This document shows, piece after piece, positions 12,962 to 25,505 of a stretch of 64,000 nucleotides of DNA. Under the pieces are notes generated by a model. It worked only from the letters and a program-made list of their open reading frames with translations, had not been told where the DNA came from and made no database searches. The stretch lies in contig OX597827.1 of NCBI GenBank assembly GCA_951406725.2, positions 9,114,001 through 9,178,000 on the forward strand. The letters are read 5' to 3'. Made by a program: the position numbers and the translations under genes. The DNA is from Octopus vulgaris. Lineage: Eukaryota. The number at the start of each line of letters is the position of its first letter. The stretch's first letter is position 1.

Positions 12962-13382
12962 GGATCTTTTCGGTTTGAACGGCAGCTTTTTAAGATAATT
13001 TTCACCTAACTAAACATTTCAAAACTTCGTACACTGGTAGAATGTGAAAAAACTGGTAGAGAAAACATCTTTTTCTCTTGGTTTTATTGAGAAAATTCTA
13101 TAGTTTGTAAGATATTTGTTGTTTTTTTCTTCAATTTCTGCAATTTCAACCAATCAGTGACGTCTATTGAGGTAAAAAGCATTCTGTGCCGTATGAATAT
13201 GTCCCTCGTTTAAGAAACAGATTGGGTTTATTTACATTTCTGAAGAAAAAAAGATACCCTTCCCCCCACCACTAACCCTAAAATAGATTGAAATGCAATA
13301 GATCGATACTAGGGTCATAATTATGGGTGACAATTTCATATGACACCGCTAGAAAAAACTGCCGTTCAAACCGAAAAGATCC
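12962..13382. mobile_element. MITE with GGATC-start TIRs and 8-bp TSD (Merlin-like), inserted into a SINE
   Basis: GGATCTTTTCGGTTTGAACGGCAG ... CTGCCGTTCAAACCGAAAAGATCC; TSD CATCCTTT (12954-12961, 13383-13390). Confidence 0.85.
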
Positions 13383-13805
13383 CATCCTTTCGTGGTCGAT
13401 AAATTAAGTAGCAGTTGCGTACTGGGGTCGATCTCTAATCGACTGACTTGTACCTAGAGTAGAAAGGATTATACTGCAATTTTATTTTTTTTGATACTCC
13501 TCATCATAATGATGAAACAATGATGATGACGACGAGAAGGTAGTAGTGGTGGTGGTGGTGGTTGTGGTAACGATGCACATTCCCGAGAGCATTGTTCAAG
13601 TATCGAGCTAAGATGACTTCTAGTCGGGTACGTTAAAACTCGGTGTGTTGCCGAAAAATAAATAGCTTGTTTTTCAAAAGAGGAAAAAAAAAACGTACTA
13701 GCTCACCTCAGAGTTCAGACTCAATTAACCTGCCTATCAATGTTATTGACACAGAAAGATACAACTCAACATATGTGCATGCATGCATGCATATATGTGT
13801 GTGTT

Positions 13806-13838
<33 letters not shown>

Positions 13839-13988
13839 ATTATAGTTCTTTAACAGTGGTAGGATGTATCGAAAATATATTTTACATAATGCAAACATTT
13901 ACTGCAACAGAACTCAATACTATGGTTAGAATGGCTAGATACAGATTTATTGATATGTATTTTTATCAACTTTGATATACATACATAA

Positions 13989-14062
<74 letters not shown>

Positions 14063-14639
14063 TTGTACATATATACACACATATATATGTACATATATAC
14101 ACATATATACACATTTATCAGGTGGTGCTATTAAGTTAGACATGGCCTGGACCAATCTTTGGTCGAAACATATCTAAGTTTATATATGTATATATATACA
14201 CATATATACACATATATATATGTACATATATACACATACATACACATATATACACATATATACACATATATACACATATATACACATATATACACATATA
14301 TATGTACATATATACACATATATATGTACATATATACACATATATACATATATATGTACATATATACACATATATACACATATATGTACATATATACACA
14401 TATGTGTACATGTATATACAGATATATACATACACACACATACACATTCACACTCATACATACACGCGCACATTTTTATTAACTTTTACAAAAGATTGAC
14501 GTTGAAGTTTGGTCTTGCTCCGACGACCTTTTCCTTATGAAAGTTAATAAAGTGTGTACTTTACTAAAAAGTATTGAGTAAATCCTTCCTGTTTAATGTT
14601 AAATTGTTTTCATATGTAACTTGACATAAAAGCACGCAT

Positions 14640-14719
<80 letters not shown>

Positions 14720-14907
14720 CATAGAACAAATTAGTCTTCAAATTCGACTTAAAAAAAAAGTTCGATGGGTGCTGTAATTACTTTCCATTATAAGTTTGGA
14801 ATTAGGAAATCTATGTAGAAAGTTCAGAAATCAAAATAATGTCTTTTTTAAAACAAAGAAGCCACACACACACACGCGCGCTCACACACACAAACGCACG
14901 TACGCAT

Positions 14908-14942
<35 letters not shown>

Positions 14943-14975
14943 AGAATTCTACAAAATCGTTCTTGAAATCCTTAC

Positions 14976-17381
14976 CTGATGTATTCCTCTGGTTAGTGTC
15001 TGACAGTGTATATCTAAAGTTGATTGTCGACTGTTTTGACTTGATTCTTGTTTCGAAGAATTTCCTCTCTGCCACTTTTTCTGGGAACTTTTGTGTTTTT
15101 TCGTGTCCGTTATGACATCGGGATCGTCATATTTACAAGACAGCTGCTTTGCGCAAAAATATTCCGACTGTCGGTTTTTATCCATCATCTGTTTTGAAGT
15201 TTCTGCTACACATGTATTGCGTGTGTTTCTCTGATTGTTTCTCCTGACAATGCACACGGTTATGGAAACCACCAGTAAAACCGAAACAGTTACTGCAGCA
15301 ACAATAATTGCAACAAACAGGTTGATGGGGATTTTGGTATCTGGTTCCGTATCAACAACGGAAAACATCCTGGATGTCGAATTACTAACAGTTAGAGTCA
15401 AAGATAAAGTAGTTCTGGCTGATAGAACAGGTGTACCACTGTCTTTAACACTCACAGCGATATCATATACTCCGGCATCGTTCTGGTAAACAGGCCGGGA
15501 AAAGGTTAATACGCCTGTATAAAGATTAACACTGAACAACTGTTTTTCGTTTCCTTCAATTATTTCGTATTTAAGGAAAGCATTTTGACGACTATCTCTA
15601 TCAGATGCTCTGAGAGCTATTATATCATTTTTACTTTGTGGATTGTAGTAGACATCAAAACTGAAAGGGTTAACACTGGGAAAAGTGAAATACGGAGCAT
15701 TGTCATTTTCGTCCATAACTTCCACGATGATATTTGCAGTATTATTTAAAGGTGGGATGCCATTGTCTTTGACAAAAACGCCAAATTTGTATACTTCATT
15801 TTGTTCACGGTCGAGTGACGCGATAGTTGAAATGAAACCAAAATTAGAAATCTCAAAAGGAAGAACATTTTGTCCATTACCAATTAACGAAAAGGTCAGT
15901 TGGCCTCCAGAACCAAGATCTGGGTCTTTAGCATTTATAAAACCAACCGGAAAATTTGGTTTTTCGTTTTCGTATGTAAGAAACTTGAAGGTATCCTTTG
16001 TAAAATATGGCCGCACATCATTGACATCCATTACTTGAATAGAAAAATTCCTTTCAGTTTTTAAGGGGGGATATCCTTTGTCTTCGCAAACAATGGTAAG
16101 ATTAATATGAGTCTCTTTTTCTCTATCAACCGACATTTTTACCACTACCTTATATCTATTATGACTCAGGCTTTGAAGTTGTAGTTTATCGTGATCGATA
16201 TTGCATGCCACTTCCCCGTTTGGTCCTCTGTCATTATCAACAACTTTTACATAAGCAATAAAGCTGCCAACTTCCATCGATTCAAATATTATGCCAGTGT
16301 TGCCAGTTAGTTCTGAGAAGTTCACGTCTATCATTGGAGCGTTGTTTTGTTTATTGATAACATTTACCACAACTGGCACGACGGAACTCAGTGGAGGATT
16401 GCCATTATCTCTGGCTTCAATAAATAGTTTATAGATTTGTTTTCTCTCAGGTTTAAATTCTACGCTCAAGAAAATCTTTCCACTATTCTTATCTATTTGA
16501 AAATTGGATCTAGCAATGTCAGATGTTTTTGAACTAAGATAAAACGATATGTTTCCATTCTCCCCACTATCCAAATCTTTCGCTGATACGGTGACCACTG
16601 GAACTTGTTGCTGATGGTTGCTGCTTACAGATACATTGTAAATATTCTGTGTGAAAACAGGAAGATTATCGTTGACGTCTGTTACAGATATGTTAACTTT
16701 TAAAATTCCATTCATAAGTGGAGATCTTCCGTTTCTAGCTAAGACTTTAATTAAATAATTATCCTTTAATTCGCGGTCTAATTTTTTCTCCAGACTAAGT
16801 CTTAGATATGAAGTACCATCAACTCTTTTAAAAACAGACAGAGTGAAAGGATCATCATCGTTCTTGATCAATTCATAATTTATCTGAGAGTTTTGTATCC
16901 CAACATCTTTATCGACGGCGTTTGGAATAGATCGCGTCGTTCCTCTTCCATCAGTTTCAGAGAAAGTCAGATTAATTTGTGTTTCTGGAAATTCTGGTTG
17001 ATGGTCATTGATGTCTTCAATGATAACCTTAATTTCGAGTATTTTTAAAAATGATTTCCTTCTTCGTACAGCAATGTCAACCATCTTATAACACTCGATA
17101 TTGTATTTGCAGAGAGATTCCGCATCTAATGTTTGAGCAGTATAGATCTCCCCTGTTTTCGATACATTGAATAGCTGTGAATTATCAGTTCTGTCTTTCT
17201 GAAGCTGGCTAAACCTAATTAAACCATGTTCTTCGGGTGGAAGACTGTCCATAAGATGAGTGTCAGCACCAACGTTTCCTAAATACGTTCCAGGTCTGCT
17301 GTCATCCATTATATAATACGTGAAGTCTACGCATAGACATGTATGAAGACAAATCAGAATTAGACGAACGTCCACCCACAT
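14976..17381 (-). CDS. Pcdh: Protocadherin, large ectodomain/TM exon (cephalopod-type, 6 EC repeats)
   Basis: 846-aa ORF with a likely start at MWVDVRLILICLHTCLC (signal peptide, ATG 17381). EC1 has C-X5-C (LCKYNIECY). Repeated cadherin motifs DINDHQPEF, LDRE, DVNDNLPVF, AKDLDSG, DVNDVRPYF, DENDNAPYF. TM helix INLFVAIIVAAVTVSVLLVVSITVCIV followed by RRNN. Ends at phase-0 donor CAG|GTAAGG (14976/14975); unspliced read-through stops at 14949. Confidence 0.95.
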
Positions 17382-17444
17382 TTCTCCATAGAAGACTTGA
17401 CGAAAAGAATGGTAAACCAGTTCAGCATGAATGGTTAACAATCT

Positions 17445-17470
17445 CTGAAAAATAAAAAAGAAATAGGTAA
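17445..17470 (-). other. 3' splice acceptor of the protocadherin exon (exon begins 17444, 63 nt upstream of the ATG)
   Basis: Minus strand reads TTACCTATTTCTTTTTTATTTTTCAG|AGATTG: polypyrimidine tract plus CAG. It implies an upstream non-coding exon, so the ORF-finder start at 17489 is intronic. Confidence 0.8.
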
Positions 17471-18024
17471 AGTTATTAACGTGTTTCAAATAACATCTTT
17501 TTAAAATTTAACCATACATTATCTTAAAGAAGGGTCGTATATGACATAAAGAAATATTGGTTAAACTAAAGCGTTAAACCCGGTCAAAGAAACAAAAAAA
17601 ATGTGTGTAATTGGTGTAAAACAACTTCCTCTAAACGAATATGAAAAACAAAATGCGCGCACGTGAAAGGGGAGTGAGGGAGAGGCCTCGGAAAATTTAC
17701 ATATTAAATTTTACAAAGTCTATGCTCTTTTACTGAGTGTTTCACCAACTGGATTGAGGCCAATCTGGGGCATCACCTTCAGTAATATCAGTTTCAAATT
17801 TTGACACAAGCCCGGAAATTTAGTGGTAAGGGGAAAGTCGATTACATGGAGCCCAGTGCTCGACTGGTACTTATTTTATCGACCCCCGAAAGGATGAAAG
17901 GTAAAATCGACCTCGGTGGAATTTGAACTCAGAAGATGAAGACGGACGAAATGCAGCTAAGTATTTTGCCCGACTGCATAATATTGATATCAGTAATTAT
18001 TGAGTTTTCTATTTATCGTATATT

Positions 18025-18230
18025 CTTTTACTCTTTTACTTGTTTCAGTCATTTGACTGCGGCCATGCTGGAGCACCGCCTTTAATCGAGCAACTCGATC
18101 CCGGGACTTATTCTTTTGTAAGCCCAACTTATTCTATCGGTCTCTTTTGCCGAACCGCTAAGTAACGGGGACGTAAACACACCAGCATCGGTTGTCAAGC
18201 AATGCTAGGGAGACAAACACAGACACACAA

Positions 18231-18270
<40 letters not shown>

Positions 18271-18440
18271 ATATATACGACAGGCTTCTTTCAGTTTCCG
18301 TCTACCAAATCCACTCACAAGGCATTGGTCAGCCCGGGGCTATAGCAGAAGACACTTGCCCAAGGTGCCACGCAGTGGGACTGAACCCGGAACCATGTGG
18401 TTGGTTAGCAAGCTACTTACCACACAGCCACTCCTGCGCT
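18025..18440 (-). mobile_element. SINE family A
   Basis: Full-length match to the consensus. Confidence 0.9.
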
Positions 18441-18686
18441 ATATAACTTTTTTAAAGCGAAGAGGTGCAACTCTGCGCATCATTTCATACTCATCTATCT
18501 ACTTGCATATACATAAAAAATTATATAAGTAAATAAGGTATCTCACAGAATCAAGGACAATGTGGTAGAATGTATCATGCTTTCCCTTTTTGTTCTAAGT
18601 ACTGGTGTAGTTGCAAGTAGACATAGATACAATCTCAGCCTGCCCACTCTTGGCCCAGCGGAAGTTCTAAGATGTGACAATCGGAA

Positions 18687-18860
18687 AGTTGGAGTTTTGC
18701 TCCTCTCTGGTTGTGGTTAGAGCATGAAATGTGTGTAAGTGTGTTCGTTTTATGGAAATTAAAAAAAGTATTTATATTAAGAACACTATATTATACGTAT
18801 AGTAGTGTTCTCAGTTGGAAATCAGCAGCAAATAAGTTCTGACAAGAGTTTAGGAGATCG
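18687..18860 (+). repeat. 174-bp direct repeat, copy 2 (upstream of Pcdh exon)
   Basis: Near-identical to 12607-12780, same orientation. Confidence 0.92.
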
Positions 18861-19449
18861 TTGGTGGCTGCATCAACGTCGGTATTCACTTCAACTGGGA
18901 GAATGAAGCAGTTGGTCGTCTGAGCCATGAGCTGAGCCCACGACTTAATGGCTGTCAGCCACGCAGTGTGTTCAAGCCCAGGATCATAGGGTTGTGAAAC
19001 AAATTGCTTATTTAAATGGCTATGATTACGCTTCTATTAACAGAGATTAATTTTTCTGAAACAGGAAATGAAAAGAATGTTCGTAGGGATAACAGCAATA
19101 ATGAATTATATAACTGCTTCTTTATATTCTACATTCCAACAAAAAGTAGACCTCTCCTCATCCTGTTTGTATCGTGATGTAATGATACTTACATAATATT
19201 TGGTTTTGAAGTAAAGGCTTGATATAAGACAGAGTTCAATATCGACTATAACAGATCTTAATTTGGAACACTTATCAAAGCAAGGTTTCATACATATATT
19301 TCTGCTTTGCAAAGTCATTTGAATAATGTATGGTAGAAAATATTGATACATGAGATCGTGTTTGTAATGTTAACATGTTTGCAAGCAGACGATGGGCAGC
19401 AGAAAATGAAAAAATACATACAATTTAGAATTGACAGAATTTATATCGG

Positions 19450-19780
19450 AATTCTAGACATTAAATTATAAGAGAGCATCCCAAATAAGGAAGTCCTTAA
19501 ACAAACAAGAATCCCATCCATGTGTGCTATCCTCAGCAAAAATGCTTGAGATAACTTGGAAGCCAAATGGAAGACAACTGAAGCCACGTAAACATCTTGT
19601 ATGGAGAATGGAGAACTAGTCTGTTAGAAAACCATTCCTATGCTACAAATTTGTCTGCAAATCTGACATAAAGACTAGTGGACTTGGTCTGACAAGTTGG
19701 GAATCTTTGGCAGCGGATTGTACTAAATATGAGCATGTTACAAAGACAGACATAGTGTGAGGAGCAATCAGATGAGATAT
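19450..19780 (+). mobile_element. Degenerate RTE-type LINE ORF C-terminal fragment
   Basis: IPNKEVLKQTRIPSMCAILS...MED...LYGE-like translation with stops and frameshifts. Confidence 0.55.
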
Positions 19781-19852
19781 GAAGAGTGAGAAAAGCTAAT
19801 ATCAATGTACTTTCATCTACAAATGCATGCTGCTTCAAGATTCAGTTGTATA

Positions 19853-20361
19853 CCCTAAATCCCCGAGTATAGTTCGCTCTTGAGTATAATACGCAGGAGA
19901 TTTTTAGGGGGCTGTACCTCTGAAAAACCTAAACCTTGCGTATAATACGCACCCCTTCTCTAACTTGAGATAAGGTCTATATAACATCCTTGGTTTGTAA
20001 AAATGTATACGGTAACGTCCTTTATTATTATTGTATATATAACGTAATGCAAACGTGTAGCTTTTTTGTGCATTTTGCTTGGAGAAAATAAAGAAATAAC
20101 AGTAATAACGTTTAATAAACGTTGCTTACTGCAAGTTATGGCTGATTCTTTTATGACTTCATTGCGTTCAGGCTTAGCTGAAGGTATTTTCGTGCCCGAC
20201 ATCACAAAATGCGTCTGGATAAACATTGCCGGACAGCAAATCAAGACTCGGACATTGCTTAGGAAATATTTTTCATTTTTAACCTCCTGTATAGTACGCA
20301 CTAAGGATTTTGACCTTTAAATTTTGGGGAAAAAATGCGGATTATACTCGAGGATTTACAG
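19853..20361. mobile_element. Tc1/mariner (pogo/Tigger-like) MITE
   Basis: TA|CCCTAAATCCCCGAGTATA ... TATACTCGAGGATTTACAG|TA. Confidence 0.8.
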
Positions 20362-20914
20362 TAGTTGTAACAGAATCTACTTGTAGTGTGATATCAGAGT
20401 GTTATCCTTTGCAAACTTCATCTCTCCGATCAGGATATTTTGTACTCACGTTTTTGCAAAGTCGAACAACCTTTAGGGTGCAAGGACATGTTATATTCTT
20501 AAAGGCATGTGACAACAGGAGAGAAATGATGCTAAAGATTAAGGTGGGTGAGTACACAAGCCTGATTCACTATGTTTTTGGATGGGAAGGAGATTGGCAT
20601 AGAACTGTCGTATTGGCATGGAAGTGTCGTATTTGATAGTACGTGACATATCTTCATAAGAGCTCACAGAAACGGAGGAGAAGAGCAACATAAGAACTCC
20701 CGTTCAGATCCTGACTGACCAGTGGTGCAAATATCCATTGTCTCTCAAAACAAACAGATGCCAAGGAAAGAGTTTTTGTTTAAACCCCAGCTCAACAGTA
20801 AATGAGCAGGCCTATGATTAAAGGCTTCCCAGCTGTGACCACTCCATATTAGTAGAAATATCTATGTTTACATTAACTAACATATCTTTCATTTATGAAC
20901 TGTATGGTTCATAA

Positions 20915-21220
20915 TGGAGCGCAATGGCCCAGTGGTTAAAGCAGCGAACTCGCGGTCATAGGATCGTGGTTTCGATTCCTAGACCGGGCGTTGGGTGTGT
21001 TTATTGAGCGAAAACACCTAAAAGCTCCATGAAGCTTCGGCAGGGGGTGGTGGCGACCCTTGTTATACTCTTTCGCCACAACTTTCTCTCACTCTCTCTT
21101 CCTGTTACTTGAGTAATGCTGTGGTGGACTGGCGTCCCGTCCAGCTGGGGGGGAACACATACGCCATAGAAACCGGGAAACCGGGCCCATGTGCCTGGCT
21201 AGGCTTGAAAAGGGCGACGT
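20915..21220 (+). mobile_element. tRNA-derived SINE family C (related copies 44900-45200, 48388-48840)
   Basis: Head GGAGCGCAATGGCCCAGTGGTTA...GGTTTCGATTCC, then GAGCGAAAACACCTAAAGCTCC, shared among three loci. Confidence 0.8.
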
Positions 21221-21337
21221 TTTTTTATGCTTCATAATGAGGATTTGACTGATATTTTTAGCAGATGAGAGCCCCTATACGTCAACATAAAGCTCTGTTG
21301 AAACAGCAGATATATTTTTTTTTATTTTCCCTACAGT

Positions 21338-21757
21338 AGGCGCAGGAGTGGCTGTGTGGTAAGTAGCTTGCTAACCAACCACATGGTTCCGGGTTCAGTC
21401 CCACTGCGTGGCACCTTGGGCAAGTGTCTTCTGCTATAGCCCCGGATCGACCAATACCTTGTGAGTGGATTTGGTAGACGGAAACTGAAAAAAGCCTGTC
21501 GTATATATATATATATGTATGTATGTATGTATATATATATATATGTATGTGTGTGTGTTTGTGTGTCTGTGTTTGTCCCCCTAGCATTGCTTGACAACCA
21601 ATGATTATATTAGCGGTTCGGCAAAAGAGACCGATAGAATAAGTACTGGGCTTACAAAGAATAAGTCCCGGGGTCGATTTGCTCGACTAAAGGCGGTGCT
21701 CCAGCATGGCCGCAGTCAAATGACTGAAACAAGTAAAACAGTAAAACAGTAAAACAG
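21338..21757 (+). mobile_element. SINE family A
   Basis: Head to (AGTAAAAC)n tail, with a small internal deletion. Confidence 0.9.
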
Positions 21758-22597
21758 TAGTCAAACAAATCAATTGTTTTCCCTTTTCAACGATTAGGCC
21801 CTTGGCCCTTGCTGATGGAAAGCATCAACCATCTGAAACTTTAGATATTGTCATTGAACCAAGCGGGAATTATGCGGGGTTTCGATATCTACTTCGAGTT
21901 GAAACTCTTTATTGTATTTAAGTGAACTGGCTGATTCAGTGTTAAGTGTCCTTACCATGGATACAGTGTAAAGCTAGTTAAAAGGATACAAATTCATCGA
22001 CCCTTCAAAAACAATGGACCAGCACACCGTCGACACTCTCAGCCACGCCTATCAATAATCTTGGTTATTATTTAACCAACGGTCCCATTATTGATATATG
22101 TATTATTTATGTATGTATGTGTGTATGGAATTATTGGTTACATGTACATACATACATATATACATACATAAATACATACACACATATATGTAAGTATACA
22201 CTCACATTTTAATATATATATATATATATCATTATATATAAATACATATATATATATAATATAGATATATATACACACACACATATACATATATAATATA
22301 TGTATATGTGTGTGTGTATATATATATTATATATATATGTATTTATATATAATGATATATATATATATACATATACACATATATACATATATATACACAC
22401 ATATACATTTATATGTGAATACATATATATATACACACATATATACATTTATATGTGAATACATATATATATATATACACATATATACATTTATATGTGA
22501 ATACATATATATATATATATATATATACATACATACATACATGCATACATACATACATACATACATACATACATACATACATACATACATACATACA

Positions 22598-22629
<32 letters not shown>

Positions 22630-23043
22630 CACGTGTGTGTCTGTGTGTGTGTGTAAATATAGGCTGTGATAAGTAATTGAACTTTTATCAGCTACACGTA
22701 TCGATCTGTACTTACAGCTTTCATATCCGTACTATCAAACCCCCTTTCACCAGTGACATTGCACTTAAATGTACAAGAAGTGCGTTTCCATTGTCACTTA
22801 GCCTGAAATATTACTTCATGTCTTTTACACGGGTTTTGTTGTTTGATATGTGGTTTGTACCTGACACTGATTAATAAAGACCTCAGTACTTCATCTGGAA
22901 ATTATATACTTCATATTGGTCAATTTTATAGTTTTATTTTTTTCTTGTTTCGTTTTGTTTTGTTTATTTTTTATTTTTTTTATTCTTTATCATGACATCC
23001 AACGAGTACAATTATTATTTATTGATCTTTTTTTTTTACATAG

Positions 23044-23178
23044 GTAATAGGTTTCAGATTGATTGAAAAACAGGCAGCGAGATTGTATGGAAGTCATGCC
23101 TTTGTCAAGGGCCTTAACGATGTTAGTGAAATGAAAATGGCTATAGACAGGCACAGAATTGGAGGAGTCATTCATTAG
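23044..23178 (+). CDS. Possible terminal coding exon VIGFRLIEKQAARLYGSHAFVKGLNDVSEMKMAIDRHRIGGVIH*, product unknown
   Basis: Long poly-T tract and ACATAG| acceptor at 23043, then 44 sense codons to TAG in the only open frame. Unique, protein-like composition. Confidence 0.3.
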   Translation, partial: VIGFRLIEKQAARLYGSHAFVKGLNDVSEMKMAIDRHRIGGVIH

Positions 23179-23352
23179 AGTAAAGTATATTAGTGATTAC
23201 TTTTAACTAAGCACAAAGGGCTCAGATTTATAGGACAGTGGAAAATGGAAGACTATGGTGTTCGTAACTTTTACAAAAGCAGGCAGTAGTGTAAAAGAAA
23301 GCAACTAGGAATTGAAACTGGACAAAGAAAATAGGAGTCTATGACATTTATA

Positions 23353-23763
23353 CCTATTTCTTTACTGCCCACAAGGGGCTAACACAGAGAGGACAAACAA
23401 GGACAGACAAACGGAATAAGTCGATTATATCGACCCCAGTGCGTGACTGGTACTTATTTAATCGACCCCGAAAGGATGAAAGGCAAAGTCGACCTCGGCG
23501 GAATTTGAACTCAGAACGTAGCGGCAGACGAAATACCTATTTCTTTATTACCCACAAGGGGCTAAACACAGAGGGGACAAACAAGGACAGACATAGGTAT
23601 TAAGTAGATTACATCGACCCAAGTGCGTAACTGGTACTTAATTTATCGACCCCGAAAGGATGAAAGGCAAAGTCGACCTCGGCGGAATTCGAACTCAGAA
23701 CGTAGCGGCAGACGAAATACCGCTAAGCATTTCGCCCGGCGTGCTAACGATTCTGCCAGCTCC
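23353..23763 (-). mobile_element. SINE family B, head-to-tail dimer
   Basis: Two bodies joined at GACGAAATAC|CTATTTC. Confidence 0.9.
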
Positions 23764-23895
23764 CCCACCTTTATATCTTTTGCAAATCAAGCTGAAGCAT
23801 AAAGGAAAGCAGCTAGGAATTGAAACTGGTTCTCAGATTCAATTCACTGGGATTTTATCTCTGAGCTATTATGTTTATCCTTTAGTTTTACTATA

Positions 23896-24596
23896 CCGTA
23901 AATCCTCGAGTATAGTTCGCCCTTGAGTATAATACGCAGGGGATTTTTAGGGGGCTGTACCTCTGAAAAACCTAAACCTTGTGTATAATACGCACCCCTT
24001 CTCTAACTTGAATCAAGGAGGTCTATATAACGTCCTTCGTTTGTAAAAGTGTATACGGTAACATCCTTTATTATTATTGTGTATATAACATAATGCAAAC
24101 GTGTAGCTATTTTGTGTATTTTGTTTGTAGAAAATAAAGAAATAACAGTAATAACGTTTAATAAATGTTGTTTACTGTAAGTTATGGATGATTCTTTTAT
24201 GACTGTAAATCCTCGAGTATAGCCCGCCCTTGAGTATAATACACAGGGGATTTTTAGGGGGCTGTACCTCTGAAAAACCTAAACCTTGTGTATAATACGC
24301 AACCCTTCTCTAACTTGAGTTGTGTGTAGTTAAGTCAGCGGCACCTAGTCGAACAAACACTTCCGCGCATGCTTAATACAATAATGTTGATGTTCTTAAC
24401 TGTTATATGGGAATGTAAATATGTTTGCAAATTGTTTTTGTTACATGTTATTCTGTGTTCTGAATACTTAAATTTTAATAAATGTTGCTTACTGCAAGTT
24501 GTGGATGATTCTTTTATGACTTCATTGCTTTCAGGCTTAGCTTAAGGTATTTTCACGCCCGACATCACAAAATGCGTCTCAATAAACATTGCCGAG
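23896..24596. mobile_element. Second, internally duplicated and truncated copy of the Tigger-like MITE
   Basis: TA|CCGTAAATCCTCGAGTATA start, repeated at about 24203; body matches 19853-20230; cut off by a SINE at 24597. Confidence 0.8.
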
Positions 24597-24996
24597 ACGC
24601 AGGAGTGGCTGTGTGGTAGGTAGCTTGTTTACCAGCCACATGGTTCCGGGTTCAGTCCCACTGCATGGCACCTTGGGCAAGTGTCTTCTACTATAGCCTC
24701 GGGCTGACCAAAGCCTTGTGAGTGGATTTGGTAGACGGAAACTGAAAGAAGCCCATCGTATATATGTATATATATATATGCGTGTGTGTGTTTGTGTGTC
24801 TGTGTTTGTCCCCCTAGCATTGCTTGACAACCGATGCTGGTGTGTTTATGTCCCCGTTACTTAGCGGTTCGGCAAAAGAGACCAATAAAATAAGTACTGG
24901 GCTTACAAAAGAATAAGTCCTGGGGTCGAGTTGCTCGACTAAAGGCGGTGCTCCAGCATGGCCGCAGTCAAATGACTGAAACAAGTAAAAGAGTAA
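24597..24996 (+). mobile_element. SINE family A
   Basis: Full-length match. Confidence 0.9.
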
Positions 24997-25296
24997 GAGA
25001 GACCTGAGACTGCGAGGAGTAGGTTGCTCGCAAGAAGAAATTACCCTGGTTCTTTGTTCTCCCACTGAAACACAGTGAAAATATAATTCCTTCAAATTTT
25101 GGTACAAGACCAGTAAATTCTAGAGGGTGGTGGTGGTGGTGGTGGTGGGGGTATGTAGTCAGTTACACAGACCACAGGAATGGAAGGCAAAATTTGACCA
25201 CGGCAGGATTGGAACTTAGAGATCAAAGAGGTGGAAGAAATACCATAATGCATTTTTTTTCCAACGCTCTAATGACCCAGCCAATCCACCACTTCA

Positions 25297-25299
25297 TTA

Positions 25300-25334
<35 letters not shown>

Positions 25335-25417
25335 GATGAAAATCATGATGCTCATGATCATGGTGGTGATGGTGGTGGTGGTGACGATGATGATGATGAG
25401 GTTGATAATAGTAGTAA

Positions 25418-25464
<47 letters not shown>

Positions 25465-25467
25465 ATA

Positions 25468-25505
<38 letters not shown>

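Noticed and set aside
14136-14178. GACCA-ATCTT-TGGTC-GAAAC hairpin resembling hammerhead stem II
   Set aside because: No CUGANGA core upstream.
15235-16038. Plus-strand ORFs overlapping Pcdh
   Set aside because: Antisense shadows of the real coding frame.
17382-17489. N-terminal extension MKHVNNFTYFFFIFQ... of the Pcdh ORF
   Set aside because: Non-ATG start running through the polypyrimidine tract and acceptor; the signal peptide begins at ATG 17381.
21338-21415. tRNA-like A/B boxes
   Set aside because: These are SINE heads; no complete cloverleaf tRNA gene was seen in the window.
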